Assembly (NCBI GenBank): GCA_016872555.1
Contig: VGZO01000008.1
Span: 25,323-89,322 of the forward strand
DNA from: Planctomycetota bacterium
GTDB taxonomy: Bacteria; Planctomycetota; Planctomycetia; Pirellulales; UBA1268
Length of the DNA: 64,000 nt
Direction of reading: 5' to 3'
Shown here: one piece after another, positions 38,294 through 45,902 of the stretch
How positions within the stretch are numbered: position 1 is the stretch's first letter
Layout: each line of letters begins with the position of its first letter
Notes under the pieces: model-generated
Told to the model about the DNA's origin: nothing
The model's database searches: none
What the model saw: only the letters and a program-made list of their open reading frames with translations
Translations under genes and position numbers: made by a program

Positions 38294-38665
38294 TCAGGTG
38301 AACTTCGCCATCGCCTCGGCCGCGTCCTTGTGGATCGCGAACAGCTTGTTGAGGTTGGTGAGCTTGAAGACCTCGTAGATCTGCGGATGGATGCTGCACA
38401 TCTTCAGCCGCCCCTTGAGCGTCGTGCCGACCTTGCGGTGGATCGTGCCGAGGAGGCCGAGGGCGGCGCTCGACATGAACTCGACGTTGCCGAAGTCGAG
38501 GAGCAGGTCGAGCCCCGGGCGGTCGGCGATCAGCCGCAGCAGCTCGACCTTGATCTCGTCGAGCGCCGTCTCGTCGAGGATCTTCTTGTCCTTGAACTTC
38601 GCGATCTCCACCTTGCCAACCTTCGTCACGTCGATCCGGCGATAGGGTTCTGCGGTCATCGGCAT
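38294..38665 (-). CDS. STAS-domain anti-sigma-factor antagonist
   Basis: LLLDFGNVEFMSSAALGLL and KLTNLNKLFAIHKDAAEA are present. It lies directly upstream of the REC-PP2C gene. Confidence 0.8.
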   Translation of the reverse strand: MPMTAEPYRRIDVTKVGKVEIAKFKDKKILDETALDEIKVELLRLIADRPGLDLLLDFGNVEFMSSAALGLLGTIHRKVGTTLKGRLKMCSIHPQIYEVFKLTNLNKLFAIHKDAAEAMAKFT

Positions 38666-38887
38666 CCTCGGGGGCTGCGGCCGGCGGAGCGCCGGTCAGG
38701 TCTGGGGGCGACGGGTCCTCGGCGGTGTCTGCCGCGGCACTGCTTCACGGCGGCGGCGCCGATCGGCAGGGGTGGAGGAAAAGTGTAGCCGACGCCACGG
38801 CCGTCGCACGCGGCCGCGCGGGCCGCGGAATAGCCCCCCGCCGGCGCGCGGGCCGCGCCGGCCCGGGGCGACGGCGGAACGGCTCTT

Positions 38888-39796
38888 TCAGGGGGTTTCT
38901 CGTGCCGCGGTGGGTGGTGCCGGAGCCGGGCCGAGATGGTCGTCGAACCACGACACCATCGCCGTCACGGCGGTCGCCAGGTCCTGCCCCTGGAAGCCGT
39001 GCCCCGCCTGTTCGAGGACCACCAACCGCGACGCGACTCCCTGGGCGGCAAGGGCATCGTGGATCTTCCGCGAATGCTCGGGCGGGACCAGCTCGTCGCG
39101 GCCGCCGGCGATCAACAGCGCCGGGGCGTCGTCGCGCGACACGGCCAGCAACGGCGACATCCGCGCCGCCTCTGCCTGGTCGAGGTCGAGGGCGGGGAAA
39201 CGCTCGTACTGTTTGTGATGGTCGGGATGGCTCCAGACGACGTGGCGGAGGTCGGTCGGTGCCACCCAGGCACAGGCCGCCCTGACACGGGCACCGGTGC
39301 GGAGCACCGGATCACCGCTCGACTCGTCGCCGTCGTCGCCGGTCGTCGCCAGCATCAGCGACAGGTGTCCTCCGGCACTCATCCCGAAGACGCCGATCCG
39401 CTCCGGATCGACCGCGAACCGGGCGGCGTTGTGGCGCACGAAGCGGACCGCACGGCGCACGTCGTCGACCGCCTCGGGGATCGTGAACTTCGGGCTGCTG
39501 CCGTGGCGGACGGCGAGCACGGTGTAGCCCTTGTCGGTGAGCGGCGCGAACATCGGCCGGGCCTGGTCGGGGGGCATCCAGGCCGAGTACCACCCGCCGC
39601 TGACCATGAACAGCAGCACGGCGCCGTTGGCATCCGTCTCCGGCCGGAACATGTCGCAGGTCATCGCCAGGCCGTGCTTGTGGCCGTAGACGATGTCGGG
39701 GGTGATCCGCACCTCGCCGGACAACCCGGTGCTCGCGGCGAGCGCCAGACCGAGGGCCATCCCCACTGACCGCACCAGACTGTCTCGCGATTGCAT
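38888..39796 (-). CDS. alpha/beta hydrolase (esterase/lipase-like), secreted
   Basis: ATG at 39796; the ORF-track start at 39799 is a GTG. The nucleophile elbow is GMSAGGH. LLFMVSGGW and GHGF are present. Confidence 0.8.
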   Translation of the reverse strand: MQSRDSLVRSVGMALGLALAASTGLSGEVRITPDIVYGHKHGLAMTCDMFRPETDANGAVLLFMVSGGWYSAWMPPDQARPMFAPLTDKGYTVLAVRHGSSPKFTIPEAVDDVRRAVRFVRHNAARFAVDPERIGVFGMSAGGHLSLMLATTGDDGDESSGDPVLRTGARVRAACAWVAPTDLRHVVWSHPDHHKQYERFPALDLDQAEAARMSPLLAVSRDDAPALLIAGGRDELVPPEHSRKIHDALAAQGVASRLVVLEQAGHGFQGQDLATAVTAMVSWFDDHLGPAPAPPTAARETP

Positions 39797-40080
39797 CACT
39801 AAACCCCTTGGAGGTGTTCCTTCCGATGGGGGGTGGTGAACGGACCGTATTTTGTCGCAAAACCCACCCAGCCGGTCGACCGACCCCTTTCGACAGCGTA
39901 TCCTATCCCAGGGGCATGGCCGTCCCGCTGCCGATCAGCGATTGTTAGCGTATCGTCTCCCCCTGACGGCGGTCCCGACCGCGAGACGCCGACCCGTGGG
40001 CTCGGGACAACGATCCCGGTGATTCTGCGGTCGTCTCTCCCGTCCGGCTCCGGGTCTCCCCCTCCCCACGGAAAACCACC

Positions 40081-40719
40081 ATGGCCCAGTCGCTCTCGCT
40101 GCTCGTCGCCTACCCCAAGCCCGTCATCCGCGCGGGGCTTTTGAGGATGCTCGAGGGCTCCGGTATCAAGGTGATCGGCGAGGCGAACCATGCCCGCGAC
40201 GCGGTCTCGATGGCGCGGAAGCTGTCGCCGACGGTGATCCTCATCGACGCCATCCTTCCGGGCGTCGACAGCTTCGACGTCGTCCGCAAGCTGCGGTCGA
40301 CCGTGCCCGATGCGAAGCTGCTCGTGTTGTCGGCCGTCGACAATCCGACCTACATGGCCCGGGCCCACGCCGCCGGGGCGACCGACTATCTCCTCGAGTC
40401 GCTGTCCGCCGACGAGCTGGTGACGACGATCAAGAACGCCGCTGCCGGCAAGCCGCCAGGGAAGGGGAGCCGCTACGCAGCGTTCCTGGCCCAGCTCGAT
40501 GCGCGCGAGTCGACGGGGCCGGCTTCCGGCCGGCTGACGCCGCGCGAGCAGCAGGTGCTGCGGCACATCTCGCTCGGCCTGCCGAACAAGGAGATCGCCT
40601 CGTCGCTGGCGATCAGTGTCGAGACGGTCAAGGAGCACGTTCAAAACATCCTCCGCAAGATGGGGCTCAAGGACCGCACCCAGGCGGCCGTCTGGGCGGC
40701 GCAGCATGAGCCCGCCTGA
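40081..40719 (+). CDS. LuxR/NarL-family response regulator with degenerate receiver
   Basis: The HTH_LuxR segment is LTPREQQVLRHISLGLPNKEIASSLAISVETVKEHVQNILRKMG. The receiver keeps the Asp in VILIDAILPG, but it has AY instead of the DD pair and E instead of the conserved Lys (DYLLES). Confidence 0.8.
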   Translation: MAQSLSLLVAYPKPVIRAGLLRMLEGSGIKVIGEANHARDAVSMARKLSPTVILIDAILPGVDSFDVVRKLRSTVPDAKLLVLSAVDNPTYMARAHAAGATDYLLESLSADELVTTIKNAAAGKPPGKGSRYAAFLAQLDARESTGPASGRLTPREQQVLRHISLGLPNKEIASSLAISVETVKEHVQNILRKMGLKDRTQAAVWAAQHEPA

Positions 40720-41383
40720 CGGCGACGCCATGCGGCAGGTGCTGGTGCGCCACGGCGAGAGCGTCTCCAACGCCGCGGGGCGTGTGCAGGGTCAGGCCCA
40801 GGTGCCCCTGTCGTCGCTGGGTGAACGGCAGGCTGCCGCCGTGGCCACCTGGGCTGCAGGGTTGGTCGCCGCCGACGCGATCGACGAAGTCTGGTCGAGC
40901 CCTCTGCGGCGCGCTCGCCAGACCGCGGACGTGATCGCCGCGGCGCTCGGGCTCCCCGTCGCCGTCGACGACCGGCTCGCCGAGCTGCACGCCGGGATTT
41001 TCGAGGGCCACCTCTGGGCCGACCTCGCGGTGCGCTTCCCCGCCGAGTTGGCCGCGTGGCAGGCCGGTGACCCCGACTACGTGATCCCCGGTGGCGAGTC
41101 GCGCGGGGCGCTGGCAACGCGGGGGCGGGCGGCGCTCGAGAGCCTCGCGCTGCGACCGGCGCGGACGATCGTCGTCGTCGCCCACGGCGGCCTGCTCACC
41201 GCGGCGCTGGGGAGCTTGGTGGGCAATGCCGACGCGCTGCTGGCCGCAGCGGTCACGCGCCCCTTCACCCGCCTGCCGGCGCTGGCCAATGCGTCGCTCA
41301 CGCTGCTGCGCTGGCCCGGTCCGCAGCTCGAGGCGTTCAACGACACCGGCCACCTCGCGGCCGTGGCGTCACCTGGCGGCTGA
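40706..41383 (+). CDS. histidine phosphatase family protein (phosphoglycerate-mutase-like)
   Basis: The catalytic motif is VLVRHGES. SSPLRRARQTA and VVAHGG are present. Start is ATG 40706 (overlaps the LuxR gene end) or ATG 40730. Confidence 0.85.
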   Translation: MSPPDGDAMRQVLVRHGESVSNAAGRVQGQAQVPLSSLGERQAAAVATWAAGLVAADAIDEVWSSPLRRARQTADVIAAALGLPVAVDDRLAELHAGIFEGHLWADLAVRFPAELAAWQAGDPDYVIPGGESRGALATRGRAALESLALRPARTIVVVAHGGLLTAALGSLVGNADALLAAAVTRPFTRLPALANASLTLLRWPGPQLEAFNDTGHLAAVASPGG

Positions 41384-41471
41384 GCGGCGGTTCCTCCGCC
41401 ATGGTCAGCGCGGCCTGTGCCTGTGACTGTGCCTGTACCGCGGCGATCCCGCGCCCGCAGGCCGTCTGGAA

Positions 41472-41975
41472 ATGACCGGCTGTGGTAGGCTCGCCGCGGT
41501 TTCGGTCGCGCCGCCAGGCCGCCCGATGCTCCCCGGGTGGCCCGCGATGCCGAGCGATTCCGTCCCGACTGCCGATCCGTCGTTCGCTGCCATCCTGGCG
41601 AGGATGATCGCGCTGCTCGACGGCCGGCTCACCCCCCGGCAGCGCGAGCAGCTCGCCGCCGCGATGCCCGACATCCTCTGGGAGTTCCCCGACGTCGACG
41701 GCCGCCTCCATCTCCGCGCCACCGCGACGGGGCTCGAGGTCGCCCCCCCCGGCGGCGCGCCGCCGTTCGTCGTGCGGATGCCGAGGGCGACGCTCGAGGA
41801 TGCGGCCTTCGGACGGCGCTCGCTCGGGGCGGCATTCCTCGCCGGGAAGATCCACGTCCGCGGCATGAATCCCCTGCGCCTGCGCGAGTTCATCATGCTC
41901 GTCGATCCGCTGCTCGATGCCTACCGCGAGGCCCACCGTGAATGCACCCCCGCGTCGCCACCGCCTGTACCGTGA
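41472..41975 (+). CDS. SCP2 sterol-binding-domain-like protein
   Basis: The C-terminal segment LGAAFLAGKIHVRGMNPLRLREFIMLVDPLLDAY is typical of SCP2-fold proteins. The start is uncertain (ATG 41472 or the internal Met at MPSDS). Confidence 0.55.
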   Translation: MTGCGRLAAVSVAPPGRPMLPGWPAMPSDSVPTADPSFAAILARMIALLDGRLTPRQREQLAAAMPDILWEFPDVDGRLHLRATATGLEVAPPGGAPPFVVRMPRATLEDAAFGRRSLGAAFLAGKIHVRGMNPLRLREFIMLVDPLLDAYREAHRECTPASPPPVP

Positions 41976-42954
41976 TTCCGACGCCGATCCCGGGGCTCTC
42001 GCCGACTGCACCGTGGCCCTGCTCGGCTACGGCCTCCTCGGCCGGCCGCTGGCGCTGAACCTCCGCGATGCCCTGCCCGCGGCCGCCGCCGCCCGCATCG
42101 TCGTCGGCAGCGACGACGCCGCGTCGAGCGCCCGGGCCGCCGCCGACGGCTTCGTGCCGCAGAGCCTCGCGGCCGCCGCGGCTGCCGCCGACGTGGCGCT
42201 GGTGATGCTCCCCGACGAGGCCCAGCCGGAACTGATGCCCGGCCTGATGGCGGCGCTCGAGCCGGGGGCGACGCTCGTCTTCGCCTCGGGCTACGTCCTG
42301 GCCTGGGATCTCGTAGCGCCGCCGGCGGGAATCGACGTGGCGCTATTCGCGCCGCGGATGGGGGGCGACGCGATCCGCGAGCGCACGCTGTCGGGACGCG
42401 GGTACTTGAGCTACGTCGGCGTCGAGCGCGATGCCAGCGGCCGGGCCTGGCCGCGGCTGTTGGCGCTGGCCAGCGCCTGCGGGTCGCTGCGCCACGGGGG
42501 CCTCGGGATGACCGCCCGCGACGAGGCGCTGCTCGACCTGTTCGTCGAGCAGGCGCTCGGGCCCTGGCTCGGGGCCGCCGTCCTGTCGGCGTTCCACGTC
42601 GGCATCGAGGCCGGGCTGCCGCCGCTGGGGCTGCTGCTCGAGATGTATCTCTCCGGCGAGATGAGCGAGACGTTCGCGCAGATGGCGGCCGACGGCTTCC
42701 TCCGCTCGACGCGCGCCCACGGCTACGCCGCCGCGTTCGGTGGGATGACGCGGGCACTGGCCGTCGACCGCGAGCAGATGGCGACGATGATGCGCGAGGT
42801 GTTCGCCGACATCGACGCGGGGGGCTTTGCCCGGTCGCTCCAGGAGGAACACGCCACCGGCTATCCCTGCCGTCCGTTCCTCGAGCAGGTGGTCGCCGAC
42901 GAGGATCTCCTCAACGCCACCGAAGACGAATACCGGCGGCTCCGCGGGGAGTGA
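41917..42954 (+). CDS. ketol-acid reductoisomerase-like protein (divergent paralog)
   Basis: Collinear with class I IlvC: VALLGYGLLGRPLALNL matches IIGYGSQGHAHALNL, and VMLLPDE, FASGY, DLFVEQA and GFARSL are present. Several canonical cofactor residues are altered. An alternative GTG start lies at 41938. Confidence 0.6.
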   Translation: MPTARPTVNAPPRRHRLYRDSDADPGALADCTVALLGYGLLGRPLALNLRDALPAAAAARIVVGSDDAASSARAAADGFVPQSLAAAAAAADVALVMLPDEAQPELMPGLMAALEPGATLVFASGYVLAWDLVAPPAGIDVALFAPRMGGDAIRERTLSGRGYLSYVGVERDASGRAWPRLLALASACGSLRHGGLGMTARDEALLDLFVEQALGPWLGAAVLSAFHVGIEAGLPPLGLLLEMYLSGEMSETFAQMAADGFLRSTRAHGYAAAFGGMTRALAVDREQMATMMREVFADIDAGGFARSLQEEHATGYPCRPFLEQVVADEDLLNATEDEYRRLRGE

Positions 42955-43081
42955 GCCGGCGTTGGGCGCGCGGGGGCCTGATCGGTTTCGTGCGTGCCCG
43001 CCCGGCTGGCCGGGCCGCGGCCTGCTATCCTCGCGACAGGATGGCGGGCCCGCGGCGGGCCGGCGGGCGGGGAACGCGGGC

Positions 43082-43720
43082 ATGGCGCGAGAGTGGCACT
43101 ACGCGATCGACGGCACACGCGCCGGCCCCGTCGAACCGGCCGAGCTCAAGGCGCTCGCCGCAGCCGGGCGGCTCGGCCCCGACGATCTCGTCTGGAAGCC
43201 GGGGCTCGCCGAGTGGGTCGCGGCGCGGAGCGTGCGTGGGCTGTTTGCCCCCGGGCCGCCGCCGCTCCCGGTGGCCACGGCGGCTGCCCCGCGAGGCGGC
43301 GAGACACCCGTGTGGCGCGGCCGGCCGTCGCAGGTGTTGAACCTCCCCTGGTTCTTCCTGGCGATCGCGTTGTGCTGGTTGTTCGTGCCGGTGATCTTCG
43401 CGCTGTGGCGATTGTGCGTGGTGCTCTGCACCCGCTATGAGCTCACCAACGAACGCCTCCGCCGCACCAGCGGCGTCTTCTCGCGCGTCACCGAGGAGCT
43501 CGAGCTCTACCGGGTGAAGGACACGCGGCTGTCCGAGCCGTGGTGGCTCCGCCCGTTCGCGCTCGGCGACATTGAGGTTGTCGCCTCCGACGTCACCACG
43601 CCGCGGCTCGTGATCCGCGCGATTCCGATCGCGACGGCGCGCCAGCTGCGCGAGATGATCCGCGGCGCGGTCGAGGAGCTGCGCGGGCGCAAAGGCGTGC
43701 GCGAGATCGACGCCACGTGA
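43082..43720 (+). CDS. GYF_2 (DUF4339) + bacterial PH (YdbS/YdbT-like) domain membrane protein
   Basis: Start at ATG 43082. WHYAIDGTRAGPVEPAELKALAAAGRLGPDDLVWKPGLAEWV is GYF_2-like. Two TM segments follow, then YELTNERLRRTSGVFSRVTEELELYRVKD is bPH-like. Confidence 0.7.
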   Translation: MAREWHYAIDGTRAGPVEPAELKALAAAGRLGPDDLVWKPGLAEWVAARSVRGLFAPGPPPLPVATAAAPRGGETPVWRGRPSQVLNLPWFFLAIALCWLFVPVIFALWRLCVVLCTRYELTNERLRRTSGVFSRVTEELELYRVKDTRLSEPWWLRPFALGDIEVVASDVTTPRLVIRAIPIATARQLREMIRGAVEELRGRKGVREIDAT

Positions 43721-43873
43721 CGCTGGTCCGCGGGCGAGCTGCGGCCGGGCCGGGCGGGGCAGGGTCGATTGAAACCGGGCAGCCAGCCAGATATGATGAA
43801 CGCCCGTCCATGCAGAGCCCACAGCCTGCCAAGGTTTGACAAGCCTGGCGGGGACCTATCTCGAGGTGCTTCG

Positions 43874-44086
43874 ATGAACGCCGAGACGATCCGCGAGTAC
43901 ATCCACCGGAAGCCGTTCGAGCCGTTCGTGATCCGGCTGTCGAACGGCGAGAGCCACGAGGTCCGTCATCCGGAGTGCGTGCTCCTGATGAAGACGAAGG
44001 TCCTCGTCTACTACCCGGACGACGATCGGAGCGTGATCTGCGCGCTCATCCACATCAACGCGGTCGAGTCGCTCCAGCGCACCTGA
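43874..44086 (+). CDS. small hypothetical protein (70 aa)
   Basis: Start at ATG 43874. Composition is balanced (MNAETIREYIHRKPFEPFVIRLSNGESHEVRHPE...). No family recognised. Confidence 0.55.
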   Translation: MNAETIREYIHRKPFEPFVIRLSNGESHEVRHPECVLLMKTKVLVYYPDDDRSVICALIHINAVESLQRT

Positions 44087-44119
44087 CGCCGCGCCGGTCG
44101 ATCGGGCCATGGTGTCTCG

Positions 44120-45637
44120 TCAAAAGACGTATTCGAGCCCGAGAGTCAGGCCCTGGGCCCAAAAGTCGGTGGTCTGCAGATCGAACGCCGGGGCGGCAGG
44201 GCCGGTGAGCGTGCCCGGCGGGAATTGCGTCGGGTTGACCGTGGGGTCGATCTGGGCCCCGGCGCGGGCGACCTGTGACCACCAGATGCAGGTGTAGCCC
44301 ACCGAGCAGCGGAGCTGCGGGAGCAGCGCGTAGTCGAGGGCGACGCCGACCTCGCCGACCGCGGCAAACGCGCTCGACCACCGGTTGCCACTGTTGGTCG
44401 GCTGCGCGAGGACGCCGCCGGGAGTGCTCGACACGAGTGTCGCGGTCGTCGTGCCGTCGGCGTTGAGGACCGTCTGCGTCCCCTGGGTGAGGCCGCTGAC
44501 GGCGCTCGAGATCCCGGTGCCGCCGAAGCCCACCTTGCCGGTTGCCATCAGGCCCCAGCGGTGGTGCCACCAGCGCTCGATGAGGCCGAACTCGCCGCCA
44601 TGGAATTGGTTGACGACGTCGAATTGGTCGCGGCTCCCGATCGAGAGTTGCGGGTAGCCCCCCGGCGTGCCGGTCGAAATGACGTTGGTCTGCGTGATGC
44701 CGAGCCGGTCGATGAGGCCGAAGTAGCGGTAGCCGCCGACGAGGTAGCGGCGGTGGAACAGGTCGCAGACCAGCGAATGCCGCAGCAGGACCTCGGCGCC
44801 GTTGAACAGGCTCGTGCTGCCGACCTGGATCGACTGGGAAAGGAGCGCCGGGTCGGCGGGGAAGGCGCCGGGCGCGGGGACGACGACGGCGGCGTTGGCC
44901 CCGGTGACGGCGTCGACGTACGGGCGGGCGAGGATCGCGCCGGAGGCGTTGCCCCAGGTGCCGCCGTGGCGCGCCAGCGCCAATTCCAGATAGCTGGCCT
45001 CGATGCCGTCGAGCTGGCGCGGGTCGAACCAGACGCCGACGGTGAACCTCCCGCCGGGGCGCATCGTCCCCAGGGCGTCGCCGCCGCCGAACAGCGTGGC
45101 GGTGCCCGGCTGGCCGAGGATGCCGGCGGTGGCAGGGGGCGTGCCGGCCGGGCTGGCGGTGGCCAGCGCCGGGAAGGAGTCGGCGGACGTCGCCCAGAGG
45201 AGCAGCTCCATGCTCGACCAGAGCGTGCCCATGTAGCCCATGCGGAACATCCGCGTGTGGTCGCGTGTGCACCAGCACTGCCCCGGACTCTTGTGGTAGG
45301 CGTATTCCCCCGGGCCCATCCATGCCGGATCGACGAGGTTGCGGTCGCACGGCGACGGCCCGAACGGCTCCTCGAACCACGACAGGCGGTGCTCGGGATC
45401 GCCGTCCTCGAATGGCGGCGCCCGCGCCGGATCGACGCCGCCGCGCGGCCGCAGTTGGTCGGGGATCGAGAACGGCTCGGCGGCGGAATCGGCCTCCCCG
45501 CTGGCGTCGGCAGCGGTCGGGTCGGTTGCCGACGCGGGATACCCGAGCGGATCGTCGGCGGCCCGTGCCGCGGTCAACGCCAGCGCGGCGACGAGCGCCA
45601 CCCAGCCCTGTTGCGGCAATCGTCCCGTCCGGTTCAT
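44120..45637 (-). CDS. BBP7-like outer-membrane beta-barrel protein
   Basis: Start at ATG 45637, with signal peptide ...ALVAALALTAARA. The C-terminal half has alternating beta-strand character and ends ...LTLGLEYVF (terminal Phe). It resembles planctomycete BBP7 proteins. Confidence 0.65.
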   Translation of the reverse strand: MNRTGRLPQQGWVALVAALALTAARAADDPLGYPASATDPTAADASGEADSAAEPFSIPDQLRPRGGVDPARAPPFEDGDPEHRLSWFEEPFGPSPCDRNLVDPAWMGPGEYAYHKSPGQCWCTRDHTRMFRMGYMGTLWSSMELLLWATSADSFPALATASPAGTPPATAGILGQPGTATLFGGGDALGTMRPGGRFTVGVWFDPRQLDGIEASYLELALARHGGTWGNASGAILARPYVDAVTGANAAVVVPAPGAFPADPALLSQSIQVGSTSLFNGAEVLLRHSLVCDLFHRRYLVGGYRYFGLIDRLGITQTNVISTGTPGGYPQLSIGSRDQFDVVNQFHGGEFGLIERWWHHRWGLMATGKVGFGGTGISSAVSGLTQGTQTVLNADGTTTATLVSSTPGGVLAQPTNSGNRWSSAFAAVGEVGVALDYALLPQLRCSVGYTCIWWSQVARAGAQIDPTVNPTQFPPGTLTGPAAPAFDLQTTDFWAQGLTLGLEYVF

Positions 45638-45902
45638 GGGTCGTTCGACTCGGCGGATCACGACAGGGAAGGGCACGCAAACTCTTCTTTCCCTATCGGT
45701 CGAATCGATCGTGCCGGGTGAGTCGAGGGTGGCGGTTTTTCCACCAAGACCCCCCAGGTGGCAGCAATTCCCCGATTTCTCCAGTCGCCAGGATCGCTAA
45801 AGCCGGGCGGCCGTGGCGGTCGATCTTCCCGGTGTGGGTCCGGTCCGGCGCTGTTGGTCTGCCGACCCCGGGAGTCTCCAGGGGGGCCTGGATGCACGCC
45901 CG

